From: Thermoplasmatota archaeon
Lineage (GTDB): Archaea > Thermoplasmatota > E2 > DHVEG-1
NCBI GenBank assembly: GCA_029939595.1
Contig: JAOZSQ010000001.1
Span: 347,669-411,668, forward strand
Length of the DNA stretch: 64,000 nucleotides
Reading direction: 5' to 3'
The notes beneath the pieces are model-generated. The model saw nothing but the letters and a program-made list of their open reading frames with translations, ran no database searches and had not been told where the DNA came from. A program made the translations under genes and the position numbers. The stretch's first letter is position 1. Each line of letters opens with the position of its first letter. Positions 1-10,164 of this stretch are shown one piece after another.

Positions 1-18
1 TATGTTGATATAGGAGCG

Positions 19-1014
19 ATGAACCCATCTTGGTGTCATCTTTACACTAATATGCCAGGATTTATTTTTAATAGGTGTATTTCAGTTGTCAGTAAAATAC
101 AAATTCATGGGACTGCTACAACTTATTTAACACAAACAGAAGGTAGAATAAACAATCAAATTATTGCTACCAGAGATTGGGCAGCAAATAAAGCGGGTAA
201 TTCCACACAAGATTTTTCAGTTAAAGATTTATTTGTTACTAATGTTGGCAAGATAAACAACCAAATCATTGCAACACAGAATTGGGCAGCAAGTAAAGCG
301 GGTAATATAAATCAAGAGTTTTCAGCTAAAAAGTTATTATTTAGAGATAATTATGAAACTATTGAATTAGAAAAATCTAATAATACTTTGCTAATTACTA
401 CTGGTAATGGAACTCTTAGTATAGGAGTACAGCAGATAAATGGAAAATGTCTTATGATGACTAGTGCCGACCAGTTTTATTTCAATAAAGGAATGTATGT
501 GGGTGGTGATATTCAAGTTGGTAATGCTGGAGATACATTGGCACCTAAAGAGTGGGTTAAAAGTAATTGTGCTGTTAAAGCCAATGGTAAAATATCATTG
601 GGGTCTGACACAATGGATGATGATTGGCAACAGGGTTTTTATTTTCATACAAGTCATCATCCTTCATATGGTATATTTAGAGAATCGGGTGTTTGGGCTG
701 AACCTGATTATCCCAATATGAGGATTGCTTTTGGTACTGGAATAAAGATAGGAGCCAGTAATACTTATCCTAATGGTGGAGTGAAATTTTATAACAATGG
801 TGATATGTCATCATCAGAAATCATGTCAATAGGTAAAGGTAATGATAATGTTTATATTAAGTTTGAATTGGAAGTAACTGGTAGTATTAAAACTTCAGGT
901 GGTTTAACTGTATCTGGTGATATTACTTCTCGTGGAAGAACTGTCCCAACAGTAACGGTGTCAGCAGCCGTTCCGACTGGTGGAAAACACGGCGATATTC
1001 ACTTTGTCGTATAA
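19..1014 (+). CDS. Putative tail-fibre or structural protein with two ~35-aa tandem repeats; the reading frame is open back to the window start, so the true 5' end may lie upstream
   Basis: 331-aa ORF with Gly/Asn/Thr-rich fibre-like composition. Internal repeat INNQIIAT(R/Q)(D/N)WAA(N/S)KAGN... occurs twice. Weak AGGAG at 12-16, only 2 nt before the ATG. Confidence 0.4.
   Translation: MNPSWCHLYTNMPGFIFNRCISVVSKIQIHGTATTYLTQTEGRINNQIIATRDWAANKAGNSTQDFSVKDLFVTNVGKINNQIIATQNWAASKAGNINQEFSAKKLLFRDNYETIELEKSNNTLLITTGNGTLSIGVQQINGKCLMMTSADQFYFNKGMYVGGDIQVGNAGDTLAPKEWVKSNCAVKANGKISLGSDTMDDDWQQGFYFHTSHHPSYGIFRESGVWAEPDYPNMRIAFGTGIKIGASNTYPNGGVKFYNNGDMSSSEIMSIGKGNDNVYIKFELEVTGSIKTSGGLTVSGDITSRGRTVPTVTVSAAVPTGGKHGDIHFVV
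148..357 (+). repeat. About 105-bp tandem direct repeat, two copies, inside the first ORF
   Basis: ataaacaatcaaattattgctaccagagattgggcagcaaataaagcgggtaat... recurs from about 253 with roughly 75% identity; boundaries approximate. Confidence 0.55.
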
Positions 1015-1026
1015 TAGGAATGAACT

Positions 1027-2493
1027 ATGGCAATACAAGTAAATGATAGTGGAGTTTGGAAGACTCCAAAAGAAGTTTGGGTGAATAATATCGGTACGTG
1101 GATAAAAAAAGATGTGTTTTCGTATTATAATGGAACCACTTGGGAAGAGGTATCTTTTGGTGTTCCTCCAGCGTTTATTTGGAAAAGTTCTTGGACAGCT
1201 ATTGAAAATGTATTAGCGAATGATGCTAGTCATTGGATTTGTAAATTTACAAATATAAAGCAAACTTGCACTATCAGAGCAAAGGTAAATAATGATTCAG
1301 GAGCAAGTTCTAATTGGGCAAATCATACTTTAAATCCAGGCGATTCTCAAAACATTTTTTTGTTGGTTGGTAATAGAAGTGCCAGTACCAGTGTAACTGT
1401 TGAATATCAAGGGATGTATTATACTTGCCCTTCTAAAGTATGGACTACTGGGGGAAGTTCTTTTGATATTGATTATGAATTTCATGTTGGATATAATTAT
1501 TTGCCTCCGATATTCATGGAAAATGCTGAAGTGGTTATGTATGAATCTACTTATAATACTTCAAGTAATGGATTGTGGAGAGCGGATAAATTGAAATATT
1601 GGGAACCTAATTTGGATCATTATCAAAGTAGTAGATATCCGGCTCAATCACAAAGAAAAGTTGAAGAACAAGATGGATACCCATGTTTGGGTGGAAATCA
1701 AGGAGGTTGGTTTTGTGGTCAATATCCATCTAGTAAGGCGTGGATTTATAGAACTAAAGTATTTTTTAAAGCAGGTTATACTTATCAGTTGAGATTTGAT
1801 GTGATGTGTACTGGTGGTTCTCCTCAAAGAACACAATGGATGTTGGGTGAATATACCGATACATTATCATATCGTTATACTTTAGGTAATAATGAATGGC
1901 ATTCTAGGACCTTAACAAAGGCAATTACAGCGGATAGAGAATGTTATCAATACTTTTTTATGTGTCCTTATCATTGGGGTCAATATAATTGGTGGAGAAA
2001 AATTGAATTGGTTCATTGGAAGAGTGATGATTCAAGTAAGAAGTTGATAGTTGTTCCGCCACCAAAGTTGGTTTTGAATTTTAGACTTAATCTTACTAAT
2101 GTTGTTGTAGAAGATACTGGTAAGTTGATAGCACATACCATGTATACTAACAGGGTAGATGTGAATATACAAGAATGTACAATGCGTACTGATGAAACTT
2201 TAAAGGTGGAATTTTTTCAAGATACATCTGTTTTTGCTAATTCAGCAGACAATTTTCTTAGAGGTTCGCCATTATCAGGAACCGTTACTATAAAAGCAGG
2301 TCAGGCTCCAGGTTGGGTGAAGGCTTTTGATTGTAATGTCAATTTTGGAAGATTATTTACTAATACAGCCTTGAGAGCTAGTATAGTAGGTAAAGAAAGT
2401 AAAGGTACTATAATAACTTCTATTATGTCGTCTGCATCAGCAGGGTTATATTCTCCTCCGATGATTAACACTACTATACCGGTGGGGTGGTGA
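1027..2493 (+). CDS. Hypothetical virion structural protein
   Basis: 488-aa ORF directly downstream of the fibre-like gene; Trp/Tyr/Asn-rich; no motif recognised. Confidence 0.35.
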   Translation: MAIQVNDSGVWKTPKEVWVNNIGTWIKKDVFSYYNGTTWEEVSFGVPPAFIWKSSWTAIENVLANDASHWICKFTNIKQTCTIRAKVNNDSGASSNWANHTLNPGDSQNIFLLVGNRSASTSVTVEYQGMYYTCPSKVWTTGGSSFDIDYEFHVGYNYLPPIFMENAEVVMYESTYNTSSNGLWRADKLKYWEPNLDHYQSSRYPAQSQRKVEEQDGYPCLGGNQGGWFCGQYPSSKAWIYRTKVFFKAGYTYQLRFDVMCTGGSPQRTQWMLGEYTDTLSYRYTLGNNEWHSRTLTKAITADRECYQYFFMCPYHWGQYNWWRKIELVHWKSDDSSKKLIVVPPPKLVLNFRLNLTNVVVEDTGKLIAHTMYTNRVDVNIQECTMRTDETLKVEFFQDTSVFANSADNFLRGSPLSGTVTIKAGQAPGWVKAFDCNVNFGRLFTNTALRASIVGKESKGTIITSIMSSASAGLYSPPMINTTIPVGW

Positions 2494-2494
2494 T

Positions 2495-2968
2495 ATGGAT
2501 GATTTATTTAATTTTAAATTAGAAGTTTCTACAGAAGAGAGGAAACAATATGTAATAGAAGTTGATAGAGCAACCAATATGTATATTTGTTATACCAGAT
2601 TACCAGTTCCCTGGAAAATGTATCAAATAACCTTTGGAGCGGGTACTAATAAATATGGAGCGGATTTTAAGAAATTTATTAATATAACCAATAGAGATGA
2701 TGTAAAACGACTATCAAAAACAATGAGAGCTATATTAGTACATTTTATTGATAATTTTTCTGTTGATGGTTTTTTGACTGCGGTTGCTTCTACGGATAAG
2801 AGATTGGGTTTTGTTAGAAACAATGAACGGGTTGTAGGTTTTACAAATGTGTTGGAAGAACGATCAAGTAAAGGAGCATTTATTAGACTGTCTTGTAGAA
2901 AGGATTTAGATATTGAAAAAGTGCGTCCTTCAATGAGTGTAATAAAGGAAGCAGTGGGATTATCATGA
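2495..2968 (+). CDS. Hypothetical protein
   Basis: 157-aa ORF whose start overlaps the upstream stop (TGATATGG). Confidence 0.3.
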   Translation: MDDLFNFKLEVSTEERKQYVIEVDRATNMYICYTRLPVPWKMYQITFGAGTNKYGADFKKFINITNRDDVKRLSKTMRAILVHFIDNFSVDGFLTAVASTDKRLGFVRNNERVVGFTNVLEERSSKGAFIRLSCRKDLDIEKVRPSMSVIKEAVGLS

Positions 2969-3450
2969 GGTATAGGGTAAAAAGTAATAACTATGTTCAA
3001 ATAGAAGATTATTACCCCAAGTTGAGGTGTCCTGAAAAGTATGTTGGAAAGAGACCATTAACAGTAAGATCAAGTTATGAGATAAAATATTTCAAGTGGT
3101 GTGATGCCAATAAATCGGTGTTGGAGTGGTCAAGTGAATCAATAATCATTCCATACCGATATTCGGTGGATAAGAGAATGCACAGGTATTATCCTGATGC
3201 ATGGATTAAGGTTGTTGATAAGAAAGGAGATATTAGAGAGTATCTAGTTGAGATAAAACCATATAAACAGACTTTCCCTCCTAAACCACAAAAGAGGCAA
3301 ACAAAGGCTTATATACAGCGATGTAGAACTTATATTAAAAATCGCAATAAGTGGGATGCTGCCGAGGAGTATTGTAGGAGAATGAGAGCGAAGGGTGAGG
3401 ATCTTACCTTTAAATTAGTTACTGAACGTGAATTAGGAATAAAAAATTAA
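2965..3450 (+). CDS. Hypothetical protein with a PD-(D/E)xK-like motif (possible head-completion or nuclease-fold protein)
   Basis: 161 aa; motif YYPDAWIKVV...REYLVEIKP resembles a D...(D/E)xK nuclease core; ATGA overlap with the upstream gene. Confidence 0.3.
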   Translation: MRYRVKSNNYVQIEDYYPKLRCPEKYVGKRPLTVRSSYEIKYFKWCDANKSVLEWSSESIIIPYRYSVDKRMHRYYPDAWIKVVDKKGDIREYLVEIKPYKQTFPPKPQKRQTKAYIQRCRTYIKNRNKWDAAEEYCRRMRAKGEDLTFKLVTERELGIKN

Positions 3451-3459
3451 GGAGGAGTT

Positions 3460-3894
3460 ATGAATTGGACCAAGATGGATATTACAACAGCCAAACCGAT
3501 GTTGTTAGAGTTTTTCAAAATATATTTTAAGAAGCCGAAGACAGCTAAAGAGGTTGTTGAGCAACATGTAAATGGTTGTAATTTTTATAAACGCCCGACT
3601 ACAAAGCCGGTGAAAAAGGATTGGAGATTTTTAAATAATGTTAAAGTGTTTGTTGCGGGTAAACCGAAGGTATTTAAATTTGCGAACTTTAAAAACAATT
3701 TTGATGGGTTGGTTAGTTTGGGTGAGAATTCAATTATTGGAAAAGTGTTTTCAGCTTTTCTTAATGGTACTTCATCTTCCCCAATTATTTTCGTAGCGAA
3801 TTCTCAAGAAAGTTTTTTGGTAACGGGCAAGCATGAACTAATAATGGCTTCGTATTTGGGATTTTTACCTAATGTAATTATTATACATGAGTGA
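3460..3894 (+). CDS. Hypothetical protein (virion module)
   Basis: 144 aa; preceded by AAGGAGGAG Shine-Dalgarno. Confidence 0.3.
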   Translation: MNWTKMDITTAKPMLLEFFKIYFKKPKTAKEVVEQHVNGCNFYKRPTTKPVKKDWRFLNNVKVFVAGKPKVFKFANFKNNFDGLVSLGENSIIGKVFSAFLNGTSSSPIIFVANSQESFLVTGKHELIMASYLGFLPNVIIIHE

Positions 3895-4333
3895 TATGGC
3901 AAGATATGGTGAGTTCAAAAATTTTGAAGATAACGTATATTATTTTAAATACGCCAATCCCAAGACAAAAGAGAGATTGCGAGTGTGGGACCGGCAACCA
4001 ATAATAGTGGTGGTGTATATGACTACAAAACATATTATTGGAATCAACTTACACTGGTTGCCATTCTTCCGACTTCCATTGTTTCTTTATATATTTAAGA
4101 GGTTACAGAAGGCGTTATCAACTACTATTAATGGTCACAGGAAGTTATTAAGATTGACATATGGGTTATTAAAGAATGATATTAGGTTTGAGCGAACCCA
4201 ATATAAAAAGGCAATCAGGAAGTATTTGATAAGAAGAATAACTAACGTAAAAGAAATTCCAATAAAAGATATAGGTGTTTTTGCAGCTACGTTTAGACAT
4301 AGGAAAGACATACGAAAGGGAGGCAGAAGATGA
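3887..4333 (+). CDS. Hypothetical basic protein
   Basis: 148 aa; start overlaps the upstream stop. Confidence 0.3.
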   Translation: MSDMARYGEFKNFEDNVYYFKYANPKTKERLRVWDRQPIIVVVYMTTKHIIGINLHWLPFFRLPLFLYIFKRLQKALSTTINGHRKLLRLTYGLLKNDIRFERTQYKKAIRKYLIRRITNVKEIPIKDIGVFAATFRHRKDIRKGGRR

Positions 4334-4479
4334 TATCAAAATTAGCTGAAAGTTCAAAGACTAAATACAAAGAGAAGACCAAAAAGAAGACCCGAAAGGA
4401 AAAATGTGAAGAGGCTGGTGGAACTTGGGAAGGTTTTAGTGGCTGTGTTAAGAAAGGAATTAGATTAGAAATAAAATAG
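4330..4479 (+). CDS. Small Lys-rich protein of the MIS(R/K) leader family (shorter than the ORF-track cutoff)
   Basis: Translation MISKLAESSKTKYKEKTKKKTRKEKCEEAGGTWEGFSGCVKKGIRLEIK. The GGTW.GF.GC motif is shared with the C-terminus of 10683..11159 (KCKGQGGTWRGFGGCV). ATGA overlap with the upstream gene. Confidence 0.4.
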   Translation: MISKLAESSKTKYKEKTKKKTRKEKCEEAGGTWEGFSGCVKKGIRLEIK

Positions 4480-4489
4480 AGGAATAATT

Positions 4490-6235
4490 ATGAACTTATT
4501 TGAAAGATTAAAAAAACCTTTTTATTTTGATAAAGAGTTAGCAATCAAGAAAAGTGTTAAGTCTAGCAGAACGAGTACCGAGATTGATATAGAAGATCCA
4601 GGTAGTTGTTTAACGGAGCAGTTTTTCTCATATTCTATGCGTGGGGATATTTTATATTCGTTGGAGTATAGAGATAATTTGATACAGCAATGGCGTGATA
4701 TGGCTTTGATGTGTTCGGAATGTGATGAAGCCATTAATGAGATAGTAACTGAGGCGGTTGTATACTCGGATAGTGAACCTTCTATAAAGATAAATTTGGA
4801 CAAGATAGAGATGCCAGCTAAAATCAAGAAAAAGATTCATAAGGCATTTGAGCGCATTTTAAACTTGTTAAATTGGGAATTACGTGGTGATGAGTTATTT
4901 AGACAATGGTATACTGATGGGATATTGAATATTGAATCGGTGTATAACAATACCCATTTGGATGAGGGAATATATGCTTTAGTGGTATTAACTCCGTTTG
5001 GATTTATGAAAATAAAGGAGGAAAGAACTGGCAAGGAGATGTATTTTTATCAAAACAGAGAAGGGTATGGTGGATCTAACACAGGTATTACTTCTTCTGC
5101 TATGGCGTTACAACAGGCATATGATACATCTGATGAAGTATTTGAACCAGAACAGATTTCACAAGTTTTTTCAGGTCTTTGGAGTCAAGATAAATTATTT
5201 TCTATGTCGCATCTTGCGAAAGCCAGCAAAATTGTAAATCAATTAAGGTTAATTGAAGATAGTTTGGTTATTCATAGGATAACAAGGGCACCGGAGAAGA
5301 AAGTATTTTATGTTGATACGGGAAACCTTCCAAAAGGAAAAGCTGAAGAATATGTTAAGGGTCTTATAACGAGGTATAGACAGAAAAGAACCTATAATGT
5401 TGATACTGGTGACATCGTAGAGAATCCAAAGGAAATAAATGTATTAGAAGATTTTTGGATGCCTCGTATGGGTGGTTCAAGAGGAACTGAAATTGATATG
5501 ATTCAGGGGTCCGATGCTAGTTTAGAGGAAATAGCCGATTTGGATTATTTTGCTAAGAAGTTGTATAGGGCTTTGAATGTTCCAAGGTTAAGACGTGATT
5601 ATATGGAATCCAGGGCAGTTTATTCTCCCAATTTGGATTTAGAGAGGGAAGAATTAAGGTTTCATAAATATATTATGAAGTTACGAAGGCAATTTAATCG
5701 TATATTTTTAGATTTGATGAAGAAGCAGTTATTAGCAACAAATGTTTTAAGTGTACAAGATTGGTTGTTATTGGAAGACAATATAATTTTTGATTGGTTA
5801 AACGATAATGAAATATCTCAGGTAAAGGCGTTACAAGTTTGGGAAGGTAGGATGAACATAGCGTCTACAGCTACCCAATTGTTTGATTACAAGCTTCTTT
5901 CCAGAGATTGGGTTCGCAAGAAGATTTTAATGTTTACTGATGCTGAGATTAGGGACATGGAAAAGGCGAACAAGGAAGAGCCGCCAGGAATGGATCAAAT
6001 GGGTGGTATGGGTATGGAAGAACCAGGAATGGAAGGAGGTGAAGAGCCATTGCCACCAGAACAAGGTGGTGAAGTTCCACCTGATCAAGTTAGATCTGGT
6101 ACGGTTCCTGAAGATCAAAAGACCGATGATGAAAAGATGGGTGATTTTGATGGTATGTTTCCAGGTGCAGAAGAGGAAGCAGGGGCAAAAGGTGGTTTGA
6201 CTTATACACAAAGAGGAGGTGAAAATTTTGGTTAA
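4490..6235 (+). CDS. Portal vertex protein (T4 gp20-like)
   Basis: 581 aa. Sits immediately upstream of the protease, scaffold and major capsid genes in T4 gene order. Acidic Gly/Pro/Glu-rich C-terminal tail. Confidence 0.7.
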   Translation: MNLFERLKKPFYFDKELAIKKSVKSSRTSTEIDIEDPGSCLTEQFFSYSMRGDILYSLEYRDNLIQQWRDMALMCSECDEAINEIVTEAVVYSDSEPSIKINLDKIEMPAKIKKKIHKAFERILNLLNWELRGDELFRQWYTDGILNIESVYNNTHLDEGIYALVVLTPFGFMKIKEERTGKEMYFYQNREGYGGSNTGITSSAMALQQAYDTSDEVFEPEQISQVFSGLWSQDKLFSMSHLAKASKIVNQLRLIEDSLVIHRITRAPEKKVFYVDTGNLPKGKAEEYVKGLITRYRQKRTYNVDTGDIVENPKEINVLEDFWMPRMGGSRGTEIDMIQGSDASLEEIADLDYFAKKLYRALNVPRLRRDYMESRAVYSPNLDLEREELRFHKYIMKLRRQFNRIFLDLMKKQLLATNVLSVQDWLLLEDNIIFDWLNDNEISQVKALQVWEGRMNIASTATQLFDYKLLSRDWVRKKILMFTDAEIRDMEKANKEEPPGMDQMGGMGMEEPGMEGGEEPLPPEQGGEVPPDQVRSGTVPEDQKTDDEKMGDFDGMFPGAEEEAGAKGGLTYTQRGGENFG

Positions 6236-6258
6236 TAGATAAAAAAAATGATAAATAA

Positions 6259-6266
6259 TATAAATA
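6259..6266 (+). promoter_or_regulatory. T4-type late promoter motif TATAAATA
   Basis: Exact TATAAATA in the AT-rich intergenic spacer upstream of the 6390 gene. Confidence 0.35.
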
Positions 6267-6389
6267 AAAGAAAGCATTATTACATTGCAAAATCTATTAT
6301 ACCAGAAGTTTGAAAACTATCCGACTAAAGGTAAATAATTAAGGAAATAAGTCAATTAATTTATATAACATTTTATTAAGGTAAAAGGT

Positions 6390-6905
6390 ATGAAAGAAAA
6401 GATTACAGAATTACTATTAGCAGCAAGCAAAAGGAAATACAGTGATTTTGCTAAAATAGCAAAAGGCATGTTAGGCAAGAAGGTGTCACTTATTAAGGAA
6501 TCATATTATCTCAAGGAAGATTGTCCTTGTACTCCTTATTTAACCAAATTAGGCAAATATCTTAAAAATGATACAGAGGTGTCAGATTTTAATTCTATTG
6601 TTGAAAGGGATACAGATTGGGATGAATTCGGTACTGATTTGAGAGAATTCTTTAAATCCAGATTGTCAGAAGATGAAATGGGAGATGCTGATACGATCAT
6701 AGAAGAAATGCTCAAAAAAATGAAAATAGAAGATCCTGTAGAAGATCCTGCAAAGGATAAAGGAAAAGGGGTTCAAACAGAAGATGAAGAAACTGAAGAT
6801 GATGAAGATGACAAAGATGCCAAGAAAGGCGAAGAGAAGGCATTTGATAAACTTTCCGAGTCATTAAAACAGAGAAAAGAAAATTGTAAACTAATCGTAT
6901 CATAA
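6390..6905 (+). CDS. Small acidic protein, possible prohead core protein (gp67/gp68 position)
   Basis: 171 aa, very acidic C-terminus (EDEETEDDEDDKD). Sits between the portal and protease genes, as gp67/gp68 do in T4. Confidence 0.35.
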   Translation: MKEKITELLLAASKRKYSDFAKIAKGMLGKKVSLIKESYYLKEDCPCTPYLTKLGKYLKNDTEVSDFNSIVERDTDWDEFGTDLREFFKSRLSEDEMGDADTIIEEMLKKMKIEDPVEDPAKDKGKGVQTEDEETEDDEDDKDAKKGEEKAFDKLSESLKQRKENCKLIVS

Positions 6906-6916
6906 GAGAGGTTATA

Positions 6917-7588
6917 ATGATAGTACCAACATTTCTTAAAGAGGATATGGATTTTCATGTAATGGAAAATCTAATTCTTGAAAAAGATGTAACGGGTGGA
7001 AAAATTAAGAATTATTTCATTAAAGGACCTTTTTTAGAAGCAAATATTAAGAACAAGAATGATAGGATCTATCCATTTCCAGTGTTAGAAAGAGAAGTTG
7101 ATGAATTCAATAAATCCAAAATAGCAACCAAAAGTGCTGTTGGTGAATTGGGTCATCCCGATTCTGTTCAAATAAATGAGGAGAGAATTTCACATTTAAT
7201 TACAGAGTTGTCTTTTGTTGACAAAAATATTTGTGTAGGAAAAGCATTAATAGGTAATACGCCTATGGGAAAGATAGCAAAGAGTTTGCTTGATATGGGT
7301 GTTAGAATGGGTGTTAGTTCCAGAGGATTAGGTACTTTGAAAGAAGGAGTAGTTCAAAATGATTATAAACTTAAAACTGTAGATTGTGTAGCAGAGCCAT
7401 CAGCACCCAATGCTTGGGTTGAAGGTATTATGGAATCTAAGAAGGATTGGGTTTATGAGAATGGTCTTTTGACAGAGAAAGAAATTGAAACTTTTGAAAA
7501 AAAGTTAGATACGTATACTGTTGAAGATAGGCAAACTGCTATTTTAAGAGTTTTTGACGAAGTTTTAAATACAGTTGCTAAAAAATAG
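6917..7588 (+). CDS. Prohead core protease (T4 gp21-like)
   Basis: 223 aa, located between the portal and scaffold genes. GELGHPDS segment. Size and position match T4 gp21. Confidence 0.6.
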   Translation: MIVPTFLKEDMDFHVMENLILEKDVTGGKIKNYFIKGPFLEANIKNKNDRIYPFPVLEREVDEFNKSKIATKSAVGELGHPDSVQINEERISHLITELSFVDKNICVGKALIGNTPMGKIAKSLLDMGVRMGVSSRGLGTLKEGVVQNDYKLKTVDCVAEPSAPNAWVEGIMESKKDWVYENGLLTEKEIETFEKKLDTYTVEDRQTAILRVFDEVLNTVAKK

Positions 7589-7713
7589 GGGTAAATTTAA
7601 CCTCTTAAAGATAACAGGAAAGTGTTATTAATCACTTAATAATACTGCAATTTTTAACAAAATAAATAAATACATATAATTAAATAAATTAATTTTTATA
7701 GGAGACAAATATT

Positions 7714-8472
7714 ATGGATGAATTAGTAAAGTTACTTCAAAAGATGCTGAAGCTTAATGAGGATGTTATTACTGAGGAGTTTAAAACAAAACTTTCAACA
7801 ATCCTTGAAGCGAAAATCAACGAAAAGGTTGAAGAAAAGAAAAAGGAGTTCCAAGAAGAGATTGAGAAGACAAAACAAGATGAACTTGAACTTTATAAAG
7901 AAGAGTTAGTTGATTCTTTAGATGAGTATTTAAGTTTAAGTGCTGAAGAGTATGCAAAAGACAATAAAAAGAATTTTGCAAACGCTAAGATGGTTAGAGA
8001 AGCTAAACAAATCAGAGAACAGTTTCAGGAGTTTGTCAAGAATTTCGGTTTCCAACTTTCTGAAGAAAAGCTTGAGCAAGATGACAAGTATAAAGAACTT
8101 GAAGAAAAATATAATAAAGCTGTGAATGAAAAGCTTGAATCAGAAAAGCTCATCAAAAAAATGCAAAAGTCTAAAAAAATTGAAGAAAAAGGAAGTGAAT
8201 TGAAAACTGAATCAGAAAAAGAGAAGTTTGCTAATTTGGCAGGATCTCTCCTTTTTGAAACGGAAGAAGAGTTTGATAAGAAGTTGACTAGTCTTGCCGA
8301 AGTTGTGAAAGGTGAAAAAGAAGACGAAAACAAAGATGGTAAAAAAGTTCCTTTGACTGAAAAAGAGAAGGTAGACGGTGTTCAGCCTCCTCAACCTGTA
8401 GTTAAGCACACAGACGCTATGCAAAACTATATGCATACTTTGAAAGATTTAGGCGAAACAAAAAGTATGTAA
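7714..8472 (+). CDS. Prohead scaffold/core protein (T4 gp22-like)
   Basis: 252 aa, strongly Glu/Lys-rich with predicted coiled coil; directly upstream of the major capsid gene. Confidence 0.55.
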   Translation: MDELVKLLQKMLKLNEDVITEEFKTKLSTILEAKINEKVEEKKKEFQEEIEKTKQDELELYKEELVDSLDEYLSLSAEEYAKDNKKNFANAKMVREAKQIREQFQEFVKNFGFQLSEEKLEQDDKYKELEEKYNKAVNEKLESEKLIKKMQKSKKIEEKGSELKTESEKEKFANLAGSLLFETEEEFDKKLTSLAEVVKGEKEDENKDGKKVPLTEKEKVDGVQPPQPVVKHTDAMQNYMHTLKDLGETKSM

Positions 8473-8531
8473 TAAACATACAAACTTTAAATTAACAATT
8501 TAATAACAAATTTTACTGGAGAAAATAAATT

Positions 8532-10151
8532 ATGGATGGAAAAGAATTACTTAAAAAATGGAGTGGATTAATAAATGATGATAATGCAAAACCCATCAAA
8601 CCAGCATCAAGAGAAGCTGCTGCTCTTATTTTAGAAAGTCAAGAAAAATATCATGTAGAATCACAAGGAACCACAACTACTGATATGATTAATTTTACAA
8701 AAATTATGGTTCCAGTTGCAAGAAGAATTTTCCCACAATTATTAGCTAATAATGTTGTAGGTATTCAGCCAACTAATAGATCAACCGGTCATGCTTATGC
8801 ATTGAGATATTCATATGCTGGTGTTCAACAACCAGGAATGCCTGGGGTTGACAGATCTGCTGCTAATGCAGATACCGCAGGTATGGGTGAGATCAACGCT
8901 ATTGAAGATCTTGAAAGAGTTCAAAGACAACCTTCTGGCGACAGAAAGAAAGGACCTTGGCCTCCAACCAATAAAGGTGAAGTTATCAATCCAGGTGGAT
9001 TTAAAATGCCAACAAATCAACCAGATTTTAGAGGTATTGCTATTATCTTGGATCAAGCCATTACTGGTGAAGATGAATTCAAAGTTGGTGCAGAACTTAA
9101 AACCAATGAAGCCACTCCTGTTACACTCGGTACAATTATGTATAGAGAAGAAAACAAGTGTTTGGTTAATTTGGCAGAAGGTAAGAAAATGTCTGATGTT
9201 GCAGGAAGTAAAGATGGTGTAGTAAACGCTGTTAAAGTTGGCGCATTTGCTGATGCTGTACCTGTTCAATATTTGACAAACAATGAAGCTGGTTATGACA
9301 TTATCTTTAAGTATTATTCAGGTAATCCTGATGCTGAAGGTGGATGGTATACAACTCAACAAGGTGAGATGCTAGGAACTCCTGGTTATCCGATGAAAGA
9401 AATGAAATTCAGCCTTGAGAGAAAAGCTTATGAAACCAAATCAAGAAAGTTAAAAGCTCGTTATACACAAGAACTTGCAACTGACTTGCAAAATGAATTC
9501 AATATTAACGCTGAAACTCAATTGATCAACATTTTGGAATACGAAATTGTTGCTGAGATTGATAGAGACTTGGTTGATTGTATCAACGGTTGTGCAACTA
9601 AGACAACTGGATGGTGGTATGATAAAACTAAAGTATCAGCAGGAACAGGTGTTGGTGCCGATGGTAGATGGGAAGCTGAGAAGATGAGAGTTATGTACAC
9701 AAAAATCATCAAGGAAGCCAACTTTATCCAGAAGACAACCCGAAGAGGTTCAGCTAACATTATTATCGCTTCAACAAATGTTGTAACCGCTCTTCAAAAC
9801 TTGAGAAACTTCATGCCTTGGAGTCTTGACTCTAACATGGATGCAAACTCAGGTGGTGTAACTCGTGTAGGAACACTTGATAACAGATTTGCAGTTTACA
9901 TGGATTCATGGACATTTGAAGATTATGTAACCTTGGCTTATAAAGGTGCAGATAATTTTGATACTGGTATTGTATATTGCCCATATGTAATGTTGACATT
10001 GCACAAAGCAGTTGATTCCGAATCATTTCAACCTGTTATTGGTTTCTCAACCAGAGCAGCTATTGTTGATAATATTTGGGGCGCACAGCAATATTACAGA
10101 ACCTTTGGAATTGATTTTTCAGGTTCATCATTAGAAGGTGTTTTATATTAA
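8532..10151 (+). CDS. Major capsid protein (T4 gp23 family)
   Basis: 539 aa. The N-terminal region matches the remembered T4 gp23 sequence (for example VGIQPTNRSTGHAYALRYSYAG against VGVQPMNSPTGQVFALRAVYG). A propeptide with LILE and HVE sites precedes the mature domain. Confidence 0.9.
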   Translation: MDGKELLKKWSGLINDDNAKPIKPASREAAALILESQEKYHVESQGTTTTDMINFTKIMVPVARRIFPQLLANNVVGIQPTNRSTGHAYALRYSYAGVQQPGMPGVDRSAANADTAGMGEINAIEDLERVQRQPSGDRKKGPWPPTNKGEVINPGGFKMPTNQPDFRGIAIILDQAITGEDEFKVGAELKTNEATPVTLGTIMYREENKCLVNLAEGKKMSDVAGSKDGVVNAVKVGAFADAVPVQYLTNNEAGYDIIFKYYSGNPDAEGGWYTTQQGEMLGTPGYPMKEMKFSLERKAYETKSRKLKARYTQELATDLQNEFNINAETQLINILEYEIVAEIDRDLVDCINGCATKTTGWWYDKTKVSAGTGVGADGRWEAEKMRVMYTKIIKEANFIQKTTRRGSANIIIASTNVVTALQNLRNFMPWSLDSNMDANSGGVTRVGTLDNRFAVYMDSWTFEDYVTLAYKGADNFDTGIVYCPYVMLTLHKAVDSESFQPVIGFSTRAAIVDNIWGAQQYYRTFGIDFSGSSLEGVLY

Positions 10152-10164
10152 TAGATGTTAAACT

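Noticed and set aside
464-721. Numerous short ORFs overlapping or antisense to large genes (for example 464..721, 1400..1594, 4522..4827, 8815..9222, 34346..35002, 44381..44614)
   Set aside because: They are nested inside confidently coding genes in other frames, lack RBSs, and have low-complexity translations typical of AT-rich shadow ORFs.
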